Positions 51,292 to 60,562 of a stretch of 64,000 nt of DNA are shown one piece after another. The position numbers were made by a program, and so were the translations under genes. The notes beneath the pieces are model-generated. The model searched no databases and was not told the origin of the DNA. It saw nothing but the letters and a program-made list of their open reading frames with translations. Origin of the DNA: Planctomycetota bacterium (lineage in GTDB: Bacteria > Planctomycetota > Planctomycetia > Gemmatales > Gemmataceae). Position 1 is the first letter of the stretch, and every line of letters starts with the position of its first letter. The stretch spans positions 10 through 64,009 of the forward strand of contig JAJPIY010000079.1 in NCBI GenBank assembly GCA_021324515.1, in the 5' to 3' direction.

Positions 51292-52629
51292 TTAGTCAAT
51301 GATTTCATGGTCCTGTAAGACAGCAGGCGGTCCCGATGCTACGTGAGCAGCCAAACGGATCGGCGCGCGCGGGCGTTGTCGCGGCATGTATAACGCCAAT
51401 CCAGCTACAAGGAAGAGCGTGCCTAGCGACAACGGCAACAACAACCATTCGCTTAAATGAAACTGCTTGATGATAATTACACATACGATATTGACCAGGG
51501 CCAAAGGCAACAGCACTTTCCAGGTCAGACCCATCAGTTGATCGAAGCGAAAGCGCGGCAGCGTCCAGCGGATGAGCATGAAGAAGATGATAAACAACAC
51601 CATTTTGGCAGCAATCACTATGAGCTTGACAAGGATGCCGCCGACGCCCGAAAGTGCATTGGTCCCAGGAAAATGCCAGCCGCCGAAAAACAGGATCGCA
51701 ATGAGGAAGCTTGTGGTAATCATATGTGTGTATTCACCGAGGAAAAACAGTGCGAATTTCATGGCGCTGTATTCCGTATGGTATCCGCCGACCAGTTCTT
51801 GTTCCGCTTCGGGCAAGTCGAAAGGCAGACGATTGCACTCGGCAAAAACGCTTGTGATAAACAGTAATGCTGCCAGCGGTTGGTAAAAGACGTTCCAACC
51901 ATGCTTGACCTGATAATCGATGATCGTCTCCAGATTGAGTGAGCCGGTCACCGCCAAGACGCCGAGGACCGATAAGCCCATCGGGATCTCATAGCTAATT
52001 AATTGGGCGCTAGAGCGCAGTCCGCCGAGCATACTGTATTTATCGTTTGACGACCAGCCACCCAATAAGACGCCATATACCGCCAGACTGCCGACGGCGA
52101 AATTGAAAACAATGCCGATATTGACGTGCGGAGCAATCACGAATTGAATGGTGTCATTGTATTCCTTTAGTTTCTCCTCGTAGGTTTTATCGTTTGTCCG
52201 TTTGGCATGTTCGCGATCGGCTTCGAGGACGGCCTTTTCCTCTTCGACGGTCTGCGGCCAGACAGCTTGCGGCGGTACTTGCCGATAGTCCAGCAGCACC
52301 GGCGGCGGCGTGGTTGGTCCAAAAGGCACGACGGCGAAAGCCAGCAGCGCTGTGCTGACGGCGATACAGGGCGCTAACAGGTAGAACAGCTTGTCTACAT
52401 GGTCGGGAATAATGTCTTCCTTGAGCAAGAATTTGATGCCATCGGCAATGGGCTGCAACAGACCCCAGGGGCCGACGCGATTAGGCCCCAGACGGTCTTG
52501 CGCCCATGCGGAGATTTTGCGCTCAGCGAGGATCAGATAGGCACACGTTCCTTGTAACACGCCCATCATAAGAGCGATGAAGAGGAGTGTGATCCAAAAG
52601 TTAAACCCCAATTCCAGACTGGTTCCCAT
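51292..52629 (-). CDS. nuoH: NADH-quinone oxidoreductase subunit H, with a ~60-aa loop insertion
   Basis: It has AERKISAWAQDRLGPNRVGPWGLLQPIADGIKF, GWSSNDKYSMLGGLRSSAQ and PFDLPEAEQELVGGYHTEYS. Confidence 0.9.
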   Translation of the reverse strand: MGTSLELGFNFWITLLFIALMMGVLQGTCAYLILAERKISAWAQDRLGPNRVGPWGLLQPIADGIKFLLKEDIIPDHVDKLFYLLAPCIAVSTALLAFAVVPFGPTTPPPVLLDYRQVPPQAVWPQTVEEEKAVLEADREHAKRTNDKTYEEKLKEYNDTIQFVIAPHVNIGIVFNFAVGSLAVYGVLLGGWSSNDKYSMLGGLRSSAQLISYEIPMGLSVLGVLAVTGSLNLETIIDYQVKHGWNVFYQPLAALLFITSVFAECNRLPFDLPEAEQELVGGYHTEYSAMKFALFFLGEYTHMITTSFLIAILFFGGWHFPGTNALSGVGGILVKLIVIAAKMVLFIIFFMLIRWTLPRFRFDQLMGLTWKVLLPLALVNIVCVIIIKQFHLSEWLLLPLSLGTLFLVAGLALYMPRQRPRAPIRLAAHVASGPPAVLQDHEIID

Positions 52630-52631
52630 GT

Positions 52632-54305
52632 TTAATTCACCCCCGCCTCAGCCGTTTTCTTCTCCAGAAGAATGCCATACTCACCAAGATCTCTTTCGGC
52701 CAGGGGCGCAAAATACGGCACTTCGGCGGCCAATTCTTTCCGCAGCGTCGCGGCGTGAAGCAGGCCGCGCCGCTCCAAAAGATCGAGAAAGACCTGCCCG
52801 TCCGTGCGGATTTCGCCCGCCGGCACGGCGCCCCAGTAAAGCGCCTGGGCCAGTCCAGCGTGATTGATGAATGTGCCTTCTTTCTCGGCCCAACTTGCGC
52901 TCGGCAAGACGTAATGAGCAAAGTTGCTGACCGGCGAAGGGAGTAAATCGTGACAGACGACCAAAGGCACGCGCTGGATCATCTGTGCTTGCATCTCGCT
53001 GACCCAACCGCCCGGCCGTGGCGGATAGCCGGCCGCCAGATACATCGCCTGCACCCGTCCTTCGGCTGCGTCGCGCACCACATCATTAAAGGAGATAATT
53101 TCACCCTGAAAGTGGCGCAGAATTTCTTCGACGCCGCGGCGATTGGGACATTTCTCGGCGCGGATGGTGAATTTTACCGGCTGAATTGGCCGGCCGTGGC
53201 GGTCCTTCGGATACGTGTCGTCTTCGCCGACGATCGGCACCGGGCCTAGCGCCAACCGCACTTGGTTGGACAAACCTTTCAGAAATTTGGCGATCAGGTA
53301 CGCTTCCTCACACGTCAAAAATGGCGACAGCACGCCGACAACGCTGGCGGCCTCCTTCTGGGCCGCGTTCTGGAACGCGCGACGGATTGCTGGCACCATC
53401 TCGGTCCACGGCAGCGGCGTCAATCTACCGTCACGCCGCGCCATCGGCCGCAAGAAACGTTCGATGGAATTGACATAATGATAGCCCAGCCGCCCATCAT
53501 CACACATGAAATGGCCTTGGGCCTGCGGATTATAGCGCGGCCGCAAGCGGTAGACGATGCTTTTGTTGGCGTCGAGCCAAATACTGCATCCTGTGGAGCA
53601 ATCGGCGCAAACGCTTTTTTGGGTTTTCAGGTTCCAGACCCGATGTTTATAGAGAAAATCCTTGCTGCACAAGGCACCGACGGGACACAGATCGACCACA
53701 TTGCCGGCTAATTTGTTGTTGCACGGTTCGCCGGGGAATATATCAATTTCCTCATGTTCACCGCGGGCAACAAACATCAGCTCGGCCGTACCGCTAATCT
53801 CGCGCGTGAAGCGAACGCAGCGCGAACATTTAATACAACGATCGGTAAACAGCGCGATGTCGGCGCCAATATTCGGTTTATTGGGAGGAGCGAATTTATC
53901 ATCGATCATTCGGCTGGTGGCCCGGCCGAAATCGTAAGTGTAATCTTGCAGCAAACACTCCCCGGCTTTATCGCAGACCGGGCAATCGAGGGGATGATTA
54001 AGGAGTAATCCTTCGAGGGTCTGCTGTTGCGCAAAGACGGCCTTGGCACTGTTGGTAACGATGATGGTACCATCCTTGGCCGGCGTCTGGCAAGCGGGTA
54101 CGACCTTGGGCTGCATAGCGACGGAGCCATCGGGTTTGCGCTCGCCGACCTCCACCAAGCACATACGGCAACTGGCCACGACCGTCAGCGCCGGGTGCCA
54201 ACAATAGTGAGGAATGAGCACGCCAGCCTTCTGAGCGGCCTGGATAAGATTTAATTTCTCGTTGCCGATATCAACCGGCTTGCCGTTGACGTAAACCGTA
54301 GCCAT
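52632..54305 (-). CDS. nuoG: NADH-quinone oxidoreductase subunit G (short form, 557 aa)
   Basis: It has the 2Fe-2S CRMCLVE, the His-ligated cluster HPLDCPVCDKAGEC, and the 4Fe-4S motifs CIKCSRCVRF and CPVGAL. Confidence 0.9.
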   Translation of the reverse strand: MATVYVNGKPVDIGNEKLNLIQAAQKAGVLIPHYCWHPALTVVASCRMCLVEVGERKPDGSVAMQPKVVPACQTPAKDGTIIVTNSAKAVFAQQQTLEGLLLNHPLDCPVCDKAGECLLQDYTYDFGRATSRMIDDKFAPPNKPNIGADIALFTDRCIKCSRCVRFTREISGTAELMFVARGEHEEIDIFPGEPCNNKLAGNVVDLCPVGALCSKDFLYKHRVWNLKTQKSVCADCSTGCSIWLDANKSIVYRLRPRYNPQAQGHFMCDDGRLGYHYVNSIERFLRPMARRDGRLTPLPWTEMVPAIRRAFQNAAQKEAASVVGVLSPFLTCEEAYLIAKFLKGLSNQVRLALGPVPIVGEDDTYPKDRHGRPIQPVKFTIRAEKCPNRRGVEEILRHFQGEIISFNDVVRDAAEGRVQAMYLAAGYPPRPGGWVSEMQAQMIQRVPLVVCHDLLPSPVSNFAHYVLPSASWAEKEGTFINHAGLAQALYWGAVPAGEIRTDGQVFLDLLERRGLLHAATLRKELAAEVPYFAPLAERDLGEYGILLEKKTAEAGVN

Positions 54306-54343
54306 GAAATCTTCCCACTTATGTCGTTTTCACTGATTAGCGA

Positions 54344-54386
54344 CGCTTCGGCGAAGGGTCGCGGATAACGCCCCTTCGACGAAGCG
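54344..54386 (-). other. Intra-operon 15-bp stem-loop between the lipoprotein gene and nuoG
   Basis: cgcttcggcgaaggg (54344-54358) pairs with cccttcgacgaagcg (54372-54386) with one mismatch. The loop is 13 nt. Confidence 0.5.
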
Positions 54387-54399
54387 CCGTTAACCGAGT

Positions 54400-54927
54400 T
54401 CACTTTCCCTTCATCGCTGCGTCGAACTCTTGCTGACTTATTCGCCGCGCTTGACCATCGCCTGTAGCGACGATGCGTGTTCCCGAACTGTCGCTGTAGG
54501 TTACGTAAGCGATGATCGTCGAGGAGGAGAGGTCGCGGAGGCCCCAAATAGCGACACAAAGTCCCTCTTTAAACGCCTCAATTGTTTTGGCATCAAGCGC
54601 ATCTTTGATGTCCTCAATGCGAGACGGCCCCTGGCCGTTGAGGGTCTGATACTGGTAGTAGGCCAGGGCAAAGTTCTTCATTTGGTTCAGATCTACCGTG
54701 CGGCGTGCGGCTTCGCGCACGCTCTGAATGGCGCCGCCGCTCTGGAGCTGTTGTCCAGGTCGCGGCAAAACGGGATTGCCCGGAGGTGGGCCGGGAGCAG
54801 CCTCTTTTTGGGCAGCAACATCCTCCGGTTGTTTTTTGATGGCGGCATGCTTTTTCTTACAGCTCGGCAGCAGCAGCGCCGCTCCCAACATCAGCGCGAG
54901 AACAATTCGGCCAAGCGACGGTCTCAT
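54400..54927 (-). CDS. Hypothetical lipoprotein encoded between nuoF and nuoG
   Basis: A GAGGAG sits 7 nt before the ATG at 54927. It has the lipobox ALLLPSC and a Pro-rich linker followed by a ~110-aa globular part. The ORF track version (to 55086) overlaps nuoF. Confidence 0.65.
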   Translation of the reverse strand: MRPSLGRIVLALMLGAALLLPSCKKKHAAIKKQPEDVAAQKEAAPGPPPGNPVLPRPGQQLQSGGAIQSVREAARRTVDLNQMKNFALAYYQYQTLNGQGPSRIEDIKDALDAKTIEAFKEGLCVAIWGLRDLSSSTIIAYVTYSDSSGTRIVATGDGQARRISQQEFDAAMKGK

Positions 54928-54959
54928 AATATGACTCCTCATTCGCAGTTGGACACGTA

Positions 54960-56291
54960 TCAATGTGTCTTGACCAACTCTAACGAACGGCCTTTCTTTG
55001 CTCCGCGGATATATTGCTCGAACTCGGCCCGGAACTTGCGGATGGCGTTCTTGACCGGCCAGCCAGCGCCATCGGCCAAGCCGCAAATCGTGGTGCCGGG
55101 AATGATGCCCATGTTATCGCCGACTTCTTCAAGGATTTTCAAGTCTTCCAATCGGCCCTGGCCGCGGCGCATTCGATCCATGATTTTCAGCATCCATCCT
55201 GTACCTTCGCGGCACGGCGTACATTGGCCGCATGATTCATGGGCGAAAAATCGACAAATATTATATACGACATCGACGATGCTGGTCTCTTCATCGAAAA
55301 CCGTGACGGCAGCGGTGCCCAGGCCCAAACAGCCGACTTTGCCTGGTCCCGCGAAATCCAGCGGCGTATCAAACTCTGCTTCTGTCATGATACCCATACT
55401 GATGCCACCGGGGATTGCTCCCTTCGCTTTGCGTCCCTTCCACACGCCGCCGCCATGTTTGTCTACCAACTCGCGCAAGGTGACGCCGAGGGGCAATTCC
55501 ACGCAACCCGGCTTATTGACGTGGCCGCTGATGCAATAAAGTTTCGGCCCATAGCTGCCGACGTCGCGAGGGTTCTTTGGGTCAGGCGGCACGCCTATCG
55601 ATTTGAACCAATCGGCGCCACGATCTATGATGTGCGTGACGCATGCTACCGTCTCGATATTGTTCACGACCGTTGGTTTGCGGAAGGCCCCTTCCACAGC
55701 AGGAAAAGGCGGCTTGATGCGCGGCCAACCGCGCTTGCCTTCCAAACTTTCGATTAATCCTGTCTCCTCGCCGCAAATATAAGCACCGGCCCCGCGGTGC
55801 AAATAAATATCGAGATGAAAGTCCTTGCCGAGAATATTACGGCCGAGCAAATTATGATTGTACAACTCGTCGATGGCCTGCTGTAAAACACGATAGCTGC
55901 GGCCATATTCATAGCGCAAATATACATATGCTGTGCTGGCCCGGGTCGCATAACAGGACAAGATGATCCCTTCCAGGACTTGATGGGGGTCTTCTTCCAT
56001 GAGAATGCGATTGTTGAACGTGCAAGGCTCACTCTCATCGGCGTTGATGCACATATAAATGGGGCCAGGGTGGTCCTTGGGTAAAAAGGTCCACTTCAAC
56101 CCTGTGGGGAAACCGGCGCCGCCCCGGCCGCGCAGCCCCGACGCTTTGACGACCTCGACAACCTGGGCCGGCGTCATTTCATGAACGCCCTTATGCAAGG
56201 CGCGATAGCCGCCGTCGGCACGATAAGCATCCAGCCACGGACTGGCCTTGCGAACAATGCGACGCAGAAGCACTGGTTCAAACTCAGCCAT
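54960..56291 (-). CDS. nuoF: NADH-quinone oxidoreductase subunit F
   Basis: It has GLRGRGGAGFPTGLKW (FMN/NADH site) and ESCGQCTPCREG (4Fe-4S). The start is ATG 56291; TTG 56297 is the alternative. Confidence 0.95.
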   Translation of the reverse strand: MAEFEPVLLRRIVRKASPWLDAYRADGGYRALHKGVHEMTPAQVVEVVKASGLRGRGGAGFPTGLKWTFLPKDHPGPIYMCINADESEPCTFNNRILMEEDPHQVLEGIILSCYATRASTAYVYLRYEYGRSYRVLQQAIDELYNHNLLGRNILGKDFHLDIYLHRGAGAYICGEETGLIESLEGKRGWPRIKPPFPAVEGAFRKPTVVNNIETVACVTHIIDRGADWFKSIGVPPDPKNPRDVGSYGPKLYCISGHVNKPGCVELPLGVTLRELVDKHGGGVWKGRKAKGAIPGGISMGIMTEAEFDTPLDFAGPGKVGCLGLGTAAVTVFDEETSIVDVVYNICRFFAHESCGQCTPCREGTGWMLKIMDRMRRGQGRLEDLKILEEVGDNMGIIPGTTICGLADGAGWPVKNAIRKFRAEFEQYIRGAKKGRSLELVKTH

Positions 56292-56319
56292 TGGCAATCA
56301 CTTTCTGGGTTCTGGCCTT

Positions 56320-56679
56320 TCAGGGAACGTACACTGTGCGATCAATCCATTCATCGGCAGTTGTGGTACTCCAATACTGGAGGATCTCTTGGACGTAGCG
56401 TGTGAGCGAAAACCCTCGCCGTATCAGCATGACACCGGCGGTGTGTCTGCCGGCGGAGTAGTGATTGATCAGATGGCTCGGCATGCTCGAGCGGTCGTTT
56501 GTTAGCAACACTCTTCCCAGGCCCTCGGCGGCAATCAACAGATCGGGATCTAAGGTCCCCCGTGACGGGGCCCCTGGGTCTCCGACTTGGATCACATCGA
56601 GGGCAGGTTCCATCTGTCGCAGCGCCGATAGCAAGGTTGCGTTGGTACATTCATCCACCAGCAACTTCAGTTTACTCAT
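56320..56679 (-). CDS. DUF5615-like (PIN-like nuclease fold) putative toxin
   Basis: It has KLLVDECTNATLLSAL...DPDLLIAAEGLGRVLLTNDRS, with acidic residues in the pattern of the DUF5615/COG4634 family. Its ATG overlaps the upstream stop (ATGA). Confidence 0.6.
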   Translation of the reverse strand: MSKLKLLVDECTNATLLSALRQMEPALDVIQVGDPGAPSRGTLDPDLLIAAEGLGRVLLTNDRSSMPSHLINHYSAGRHTAGVMLIRRGFSLTRYVQEILQYWSTTTADEWIDRTVYVP

Positions 56680-57035
56680 GACTGTACGCCGTCGCCTGCT
56701 TTCACTGCGGCGATCTGCGCCCGTGCCTCGTCACGGAGGAAATAAGGCCCCTTTTCCAGATATTCACGATACCATGCATCCTCCATTCGTTCGCCTTGCT
56801 CCAGATAAGCCTCGACCATCTCTTTGTTATGCAGGTAATAGAGGATGGTCGCATAGACCTCTTCCAGGGTCAAACTTGGATAAATGTCGCGCACGATCAC
56901 CCCTGGTTCGAGTCCCTGTCGGAATGGCTCGAGCACGTGTTCGATAGCGATTCGGTGACCTTTGATGCGAATACGCTTTACCTCACCATGCTTGGTCTCG
57001 AACTTTTCAAACTCGAAATAATCTTCTAATTGCAT
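56676..57035 (-). CDS. DUF433-like putative antitoxin
   Basis: It has IRIKGHRIAIEHVLEPFRQGLEPGVIVRDIYPSLTLEEVYATILYYLHNKEMVEAYL, which is the DUF433/COG2442 pattern. A GAGGAAAGGA RBS is present. Its codons are noticeably more A/T-rich than the flanking nuo genes. Confidence 0.6.
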   Translation of the reverse strand: MQLEDYFEFEKFETKHGEVKRIRIKGHRIAIEHVLEPFRQGLEPGVIVRDIYPSLTLEEVYATILYYLHNKEMVEAYLEQGERMEDAWYREYLEKGPYFLRDEARAQIAAVKAGDGVQS

Positions 57036-57062
57036 GGCCCTGTCCTTTCCTCTGGGGAATGG

Positions 57063-57542
57063 TTATTGTCGCAGTTCTTCTAGCAATGCGTCAATCTTGT
57101 CCGGCGTGACATTTCCTCGCGCTTCATCGTCGATCAGCACGGCAGGCGCGCCTTCGCAAGCACCAATACATTCGGCGAATTCGACGGTGATTTTGCCGTC
57201 GGCGCTGGTGCCGCCGGGCTGTACGTTCAGCTTTTTGCATATGAGGTCGAGCAATTCATCGCCTCCGCGCAGACCACAGGCCAAACTGCGGCACACCCAA
57301 AGGCGTCTCTTCCCCAAGGGATGCTTTTCGTCACGGAAAAAGCCATAAAAACTCATAGTATCGCAGACTTCAGCCGGGCTGAGATCCAGCAGGTCGGCAA
57401 TCTCGCGGATTGCTTCCAACGGCACACAGCGCAAGGCATCCTGGACGATGTGCAGGGCCGGCAGCGTCGCCGCTTGCTTATTGGGATAACGAGGCACATA
57501 GGCAAGGATCTTCTGCCGTAGTTCTTCGCTCAAGACGCTCAT
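57063..57542 (-). CDS. nuoE: NADH-quinone oxidoreductase subunit E
   Basis: It has the thioredoxin-like 2Fe-2S motifs CRSLACGLRG and CIGACEGAPAVLID. Confidence 0.9.
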   Translation of the reverse strand: MSVLSEELRQKILAYVPRYPNKQAATLPALHIVQDALRCVPLEAIREIADLLDLSPAEVCDTMSFYGFFRDEKHPLGKRRLWVCRSLACGLRGGDELLDLICKKLNVQPGGTSADGKITVEFAECIGACEGAPAVLIDDEARGNVTPDKIDALLEELRQ

Positions 57543-58762
57543 CGATCCAGCTCCGCTGCGATGATATTTAGGCTGCCCAACACGGCCACCACATCGCTAA
57601 TTTGGTGGCCCACAATCAAATACGGGAAGACCGCAAAATGGATGAAAGACGGCGGCCGAGTGCGCGTGCGGTAGGCCACGCCGCTGCCGTCGGCAATCAC
57701 GTAATAACCCAATTCGCCATTGGGCGATTCAATGGCCGCATATACTTCCTCAACCGGCGTATGCCATTGCCGATTGCTCATAATCAACTCGAAATGATGA
57801 ATCAGCCCTTCGATACTGCGATAAACGGCGAGCTGATTAGGCATCGTCACTTTGCTATTGGCATCGACATTGACGGGACCGGGCGGCAAATTCTCGATGG
57901 CCTGGTGAATAATTTTACAGCTTTCGAGCATCTCTTCCATGCGGACGAGATAGCGCGCATAACAATCGCCCTCACGGGCACACACGACCTTGAAATCGAA
58001 ATCGCGGTAGGCCAAGTATGGCTCATCTTTGCGCAGGTCGCGGACGACGCCGCTAGCGCGAGCGATAGGTCCCGTACAGCTCAAATTGATAGCGTCTTCT
58101 TTCGATAACACGCCAATATCTTTGGTACGCTCGATAAAGATGCGATTGCGATTGAGCAGACGGACAATATCATTCCATGCCTTGGGGAAATCGCGGACAA
58201 ATTTTCGCACCATGTCGATCCAAATATCATCAACATCTGCCAGCAGCCCGCCCACGCGCAGATAGCTTGGATGGAAACGCTGGCCGGCGGCGCGTTCGCA
58301 TATGTCGTAAATTTTTTCCTTTTGATTGAAGGCGTAGAGGAAAGCAGTGAAGCCGCCCAGATCGAGCGCCGCCGCGCCGCAGCAGAGCAAGTGATCGTGA
58401 ATGCGCATCAATTCATTGAAGATGACGCGAAGATACTTGCAACGCGGCGTCAACTCAATACCCATCAATTTTTCGACTGCCGCGAACCAGGCGATCTCAT
58501 TGGCAACCGGCGAAATATAGTTTTTGCGATCGACGATCGTTACATATTGGTTGTAATCAAGATGTTCGCCGAGCTTCTCGAAACCGCTGTGCAAATAGCC
58601 GATATCGGGCACAGCCTTGACGATGGTTTCGCCGTCGAGCGTCAGAATAATACGCAGCGTGGTATGCGTAGCAGGATGCTGCGGACCAAAATTGAGGGTC
58701 CACAAATATTCCCGCTCCGGCCCTTCCGGTAGGGCGATAGCATCGGCTAATTCCAGAGGCAT
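57539..58762 (-). CDS. nuoD: NADH-quinone oxidoreductase subunit D
   Basis: It has LNFGPQHPATHTTLRIILTLDGE, RVGG and the C-terminal IAAELDR. Confidence 0.95.
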   Translation of the reverse strand: MPLELADAIALPEGPEREYLWTLNFGPQHPATHTTLRIILTLDGETIVKAVPDIGYLHSGFEKLGEHLDYNQYVTIVDRKNYISPVANEIAWFAAVEKLMGIELTPRCKYLRVIFNELMRIHDHLLCCGAAALDLGGFTAFLYAFNQKEKIYDICERAAGQRFHPSYLRVGGLLADVDDIWIDMVRKFVRDFPKAWNDIVRLLNRNRIFIERTKDIGVLSKEDAINLSCTGPIARASGVVRDLRKDEPYLAYRDFDFKVVCAREGDCYARYLVRMEEMLESCKIIHQAIENLPPGPVNVDANSKVTMPNQLAVYRSIEGLIHHFELIMSNRQWHTPVEEVYAAIESPNGELGYYVIADGSGVAYRTRTRPPSFIHFAVFPYLIVGHQISDVVAVLGSLNIIAAELDR

Positions 58763-58830
58763 GACAGCTCCCTCGATTCAAAGATCCAACTGACCACAGA
58801 GTCACAGAGAAGACCCTGTGGTTAGTTATC

Positions 58831-59331
58831 TTAGCTTTCCGGGCGCGTAATTACCGGGAAATTGTGCCGTTCGCCGCGGCCGCGCATCGGATAATCTTTG
58901 CGCAGGGGAAACGCCGTGAATTCATCTGGCAACAGAATGCGGCGCAGGTCTGGATGGCCGTCGAACACCACGCCATACATATCGTAGACCTCGCGCTCCA
59001 TCCAATCGGCGCCCTTCCACAAAGCGAAGACGGACGGCAAAGTCGGTTCCGGATCGTTGGTGAACGTCTTGACGATCAACCGGACCCCTGTTGTGGTATT
59101 AACCAGCACGTACCAGACGCCGTAGCGGTCTGTGGCATGGGGATAGTGTAGATAATCGGCCCCTCCCAATTCGACGAGCATGTCGAAACCGCACTGTTCT
59201 TTCAAAAACTCCAGCACGGCATAGACGCGCTCGGCCGGCACGATAATGCGGCGATTGTCACGAAATTCGGAAGTGGTGAACGTCTCGCCGAACTTCGCAT
59301 GCAGCTTGGCAAGTATCTCGTCGTGGGTCAT
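58831..59331 (-). CDS. nuoC: NADH-quinone oxidoreductase subunit C
   Basis: It has [30 protein letters not shown] and DYPMRG. Confidence 0.9.
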   Translation of the reverse strand: MTHDEILAKLHAKFGETFTTSEFRDNRRIIVPAERVYAVLEFLKEQCGFDMLVELGGADYLHYPHATDRYGVWYVLVNTTTGVRLIVKTFTNDPEPTLPSVFALWKGADWMEREVYDMYGVVFDGHPDLRRILLPDEFTAFPLRKDYPMRGRGERHNFPVITRPES

Positions 59332-59933
59332 GGTCGTCCATCTGCTTGTAAGCGGGTGGCAGAAGTAAAATCGCCGGGGGCGACTATTTCCTCAGCAGGC
59401 GGCAGTTCGATGGCTAGCGGCCTCGGTGGATGCGGCCACAAACGCTGTTCTTGGAACTCTTTGCCCATGAGGGTGCCGGTACGCTGGATTTTCTCCTGCA
59501 AATCGAGGACCGACCGCAACAATTGTTCCGGCCGCGGCGGGCAGCCGGGTACGTATACGTCCACCGGAATGAAGCGATCGATGCCCTGCACCACGGCGTA
59601 GGTATCGAAGACGCCGCCCGAAGAGGCACAGGCGCCCATTGAAATACACCATTTCGGCTCCGGCATTTGCAGCCAGATGCGCTGCAACACCGGCAGCATC
59701 TTCATGGCAATGCGGCCAGCGACGATCATCAGGTCGCACTGCCGCGGCGAGAAGCGCATGGCCTCGGCACCGAAGCGGGCGATGTCGTGGCGGGACGCGC
59801 CGGTGGCCATCAACTCGATGCCGCAGCAAGCCGTGGCGAACGGCATTGGCCACAAACTGTTCTTGCGCACCCAGTTGGCCAGCTTGTCCAGCTGCGTCAC
59901 CATCACGCTCTCAGACACGCCTGCTAGCGCCAT
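59328..59933 (-). CDS. nuoB: NADH-quinone oxidoreductase subunit B
   Basis: It has [25 protein letters not shown] and GCPPRPE (N2 cluster ligands). The ATG at 59933 lies within ORF 59328..60086. Confidence 0.9.
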   Translation of the reverse strand: MALAGVSESVMVTQLDKLANWVRKNSLWPMPFATACCGIELMATGASRHDIARFGAEAMRFSPRQCDLMIVAGRIAMKMLPVLQRIWLQMPEPKWCISMGACASSGGVFDTYAVVQGIDRFIPVDVYVPGCPPRPEQLLRSVLDLQEKIQRTGTLMGKEFQEQRLWPHPPRPLAIELPPAEEIVAPGDFTSATRLQADGRP

Positions 59934-60331
59934 CGGAACACCCCTCTCCGCCAAGCATAAACATAGGCGACCACCACCGTCAGCAGAAACACCAGCACTT
60001 CCCAGAACACCAGCGTATGGAACTCCACGGGCAGAAACGAAGCCGGCTCCTCGGTCGTGCCGCTCCACGGATACGAGGCCGCCCACGGATACAGAAACAA
60101 CAATTCCACATCAAAAACCAGAAAAAGAATGGCGATCAGATAGAACTTTACATCGAAACGCTGCCGGGCATCGCCGATCGGGTCCATGCCCGATTCGTAG
60201 GGCATCTGCTTGACCGGCGTCCGCCGCTTCGGTCCCACCCAATGCGTAATCAGCAAGACCGATACTGCGAAGGCGATAATCACCAGCAGATACAGGAAAA
60301 TCGGATAATAGGTAGAGAGCGTGAAGTCCAT
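59924..60331 (-). CDS. nuoA: NADH-quinone oxidoreductase subunit A
   Basis: It has [41 protein letters not shown]. It is the 135-aa C-terminal part of a spurious 772-aa ORF. The ATG is at 60331. Confidence 0.9.
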   Translation of the reverse strand: MDFTLSTYYPIFLYLLVIIAFAVSVLLITHWVGPKRRTPVKQMPYESGMDPIGDARQRFDVKFYLIAILFLVFDVELLFLYPWAASYPWSGTTEEPASFLPVEFHTLVFWEVLVFLLTVVVAYVYAWRRGVFRWR

Positions 60332-60493
60332 TCGGCACCCAACTTCGTGATTTTTTTCACGATGTAGAACAAAAAGAAACCTCGACACGTTTGTCGAGGA
60401 GGGGCGGCGGGTTCCTTCCCTTTGGTTACTTATAGGAGCGGCGTCGAGGCAGGACAAGGGGAAGAGGGAAACATCGTCTGCATTCCGTTTTCC

Positions 60494-60523
60494 TTGACGC
60501 GCAGGCGGCGGAAACGGTATTGT
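60494..60523 (+). promoter_or_regulatory. Candidate sigma-70-like promoter for the sugar-nucleotide genes
   Basis: TTGACG (60494-99) and TATTGT (60518-23) are separated by an 18-nt spacer, about 40 nt upstream of the rfbB ATG. Confidence 0.25.
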
Positions 60524-60562
60524 CAAACCAGAGGACCTACAACCCCCAACCCAGGAAGGGCC

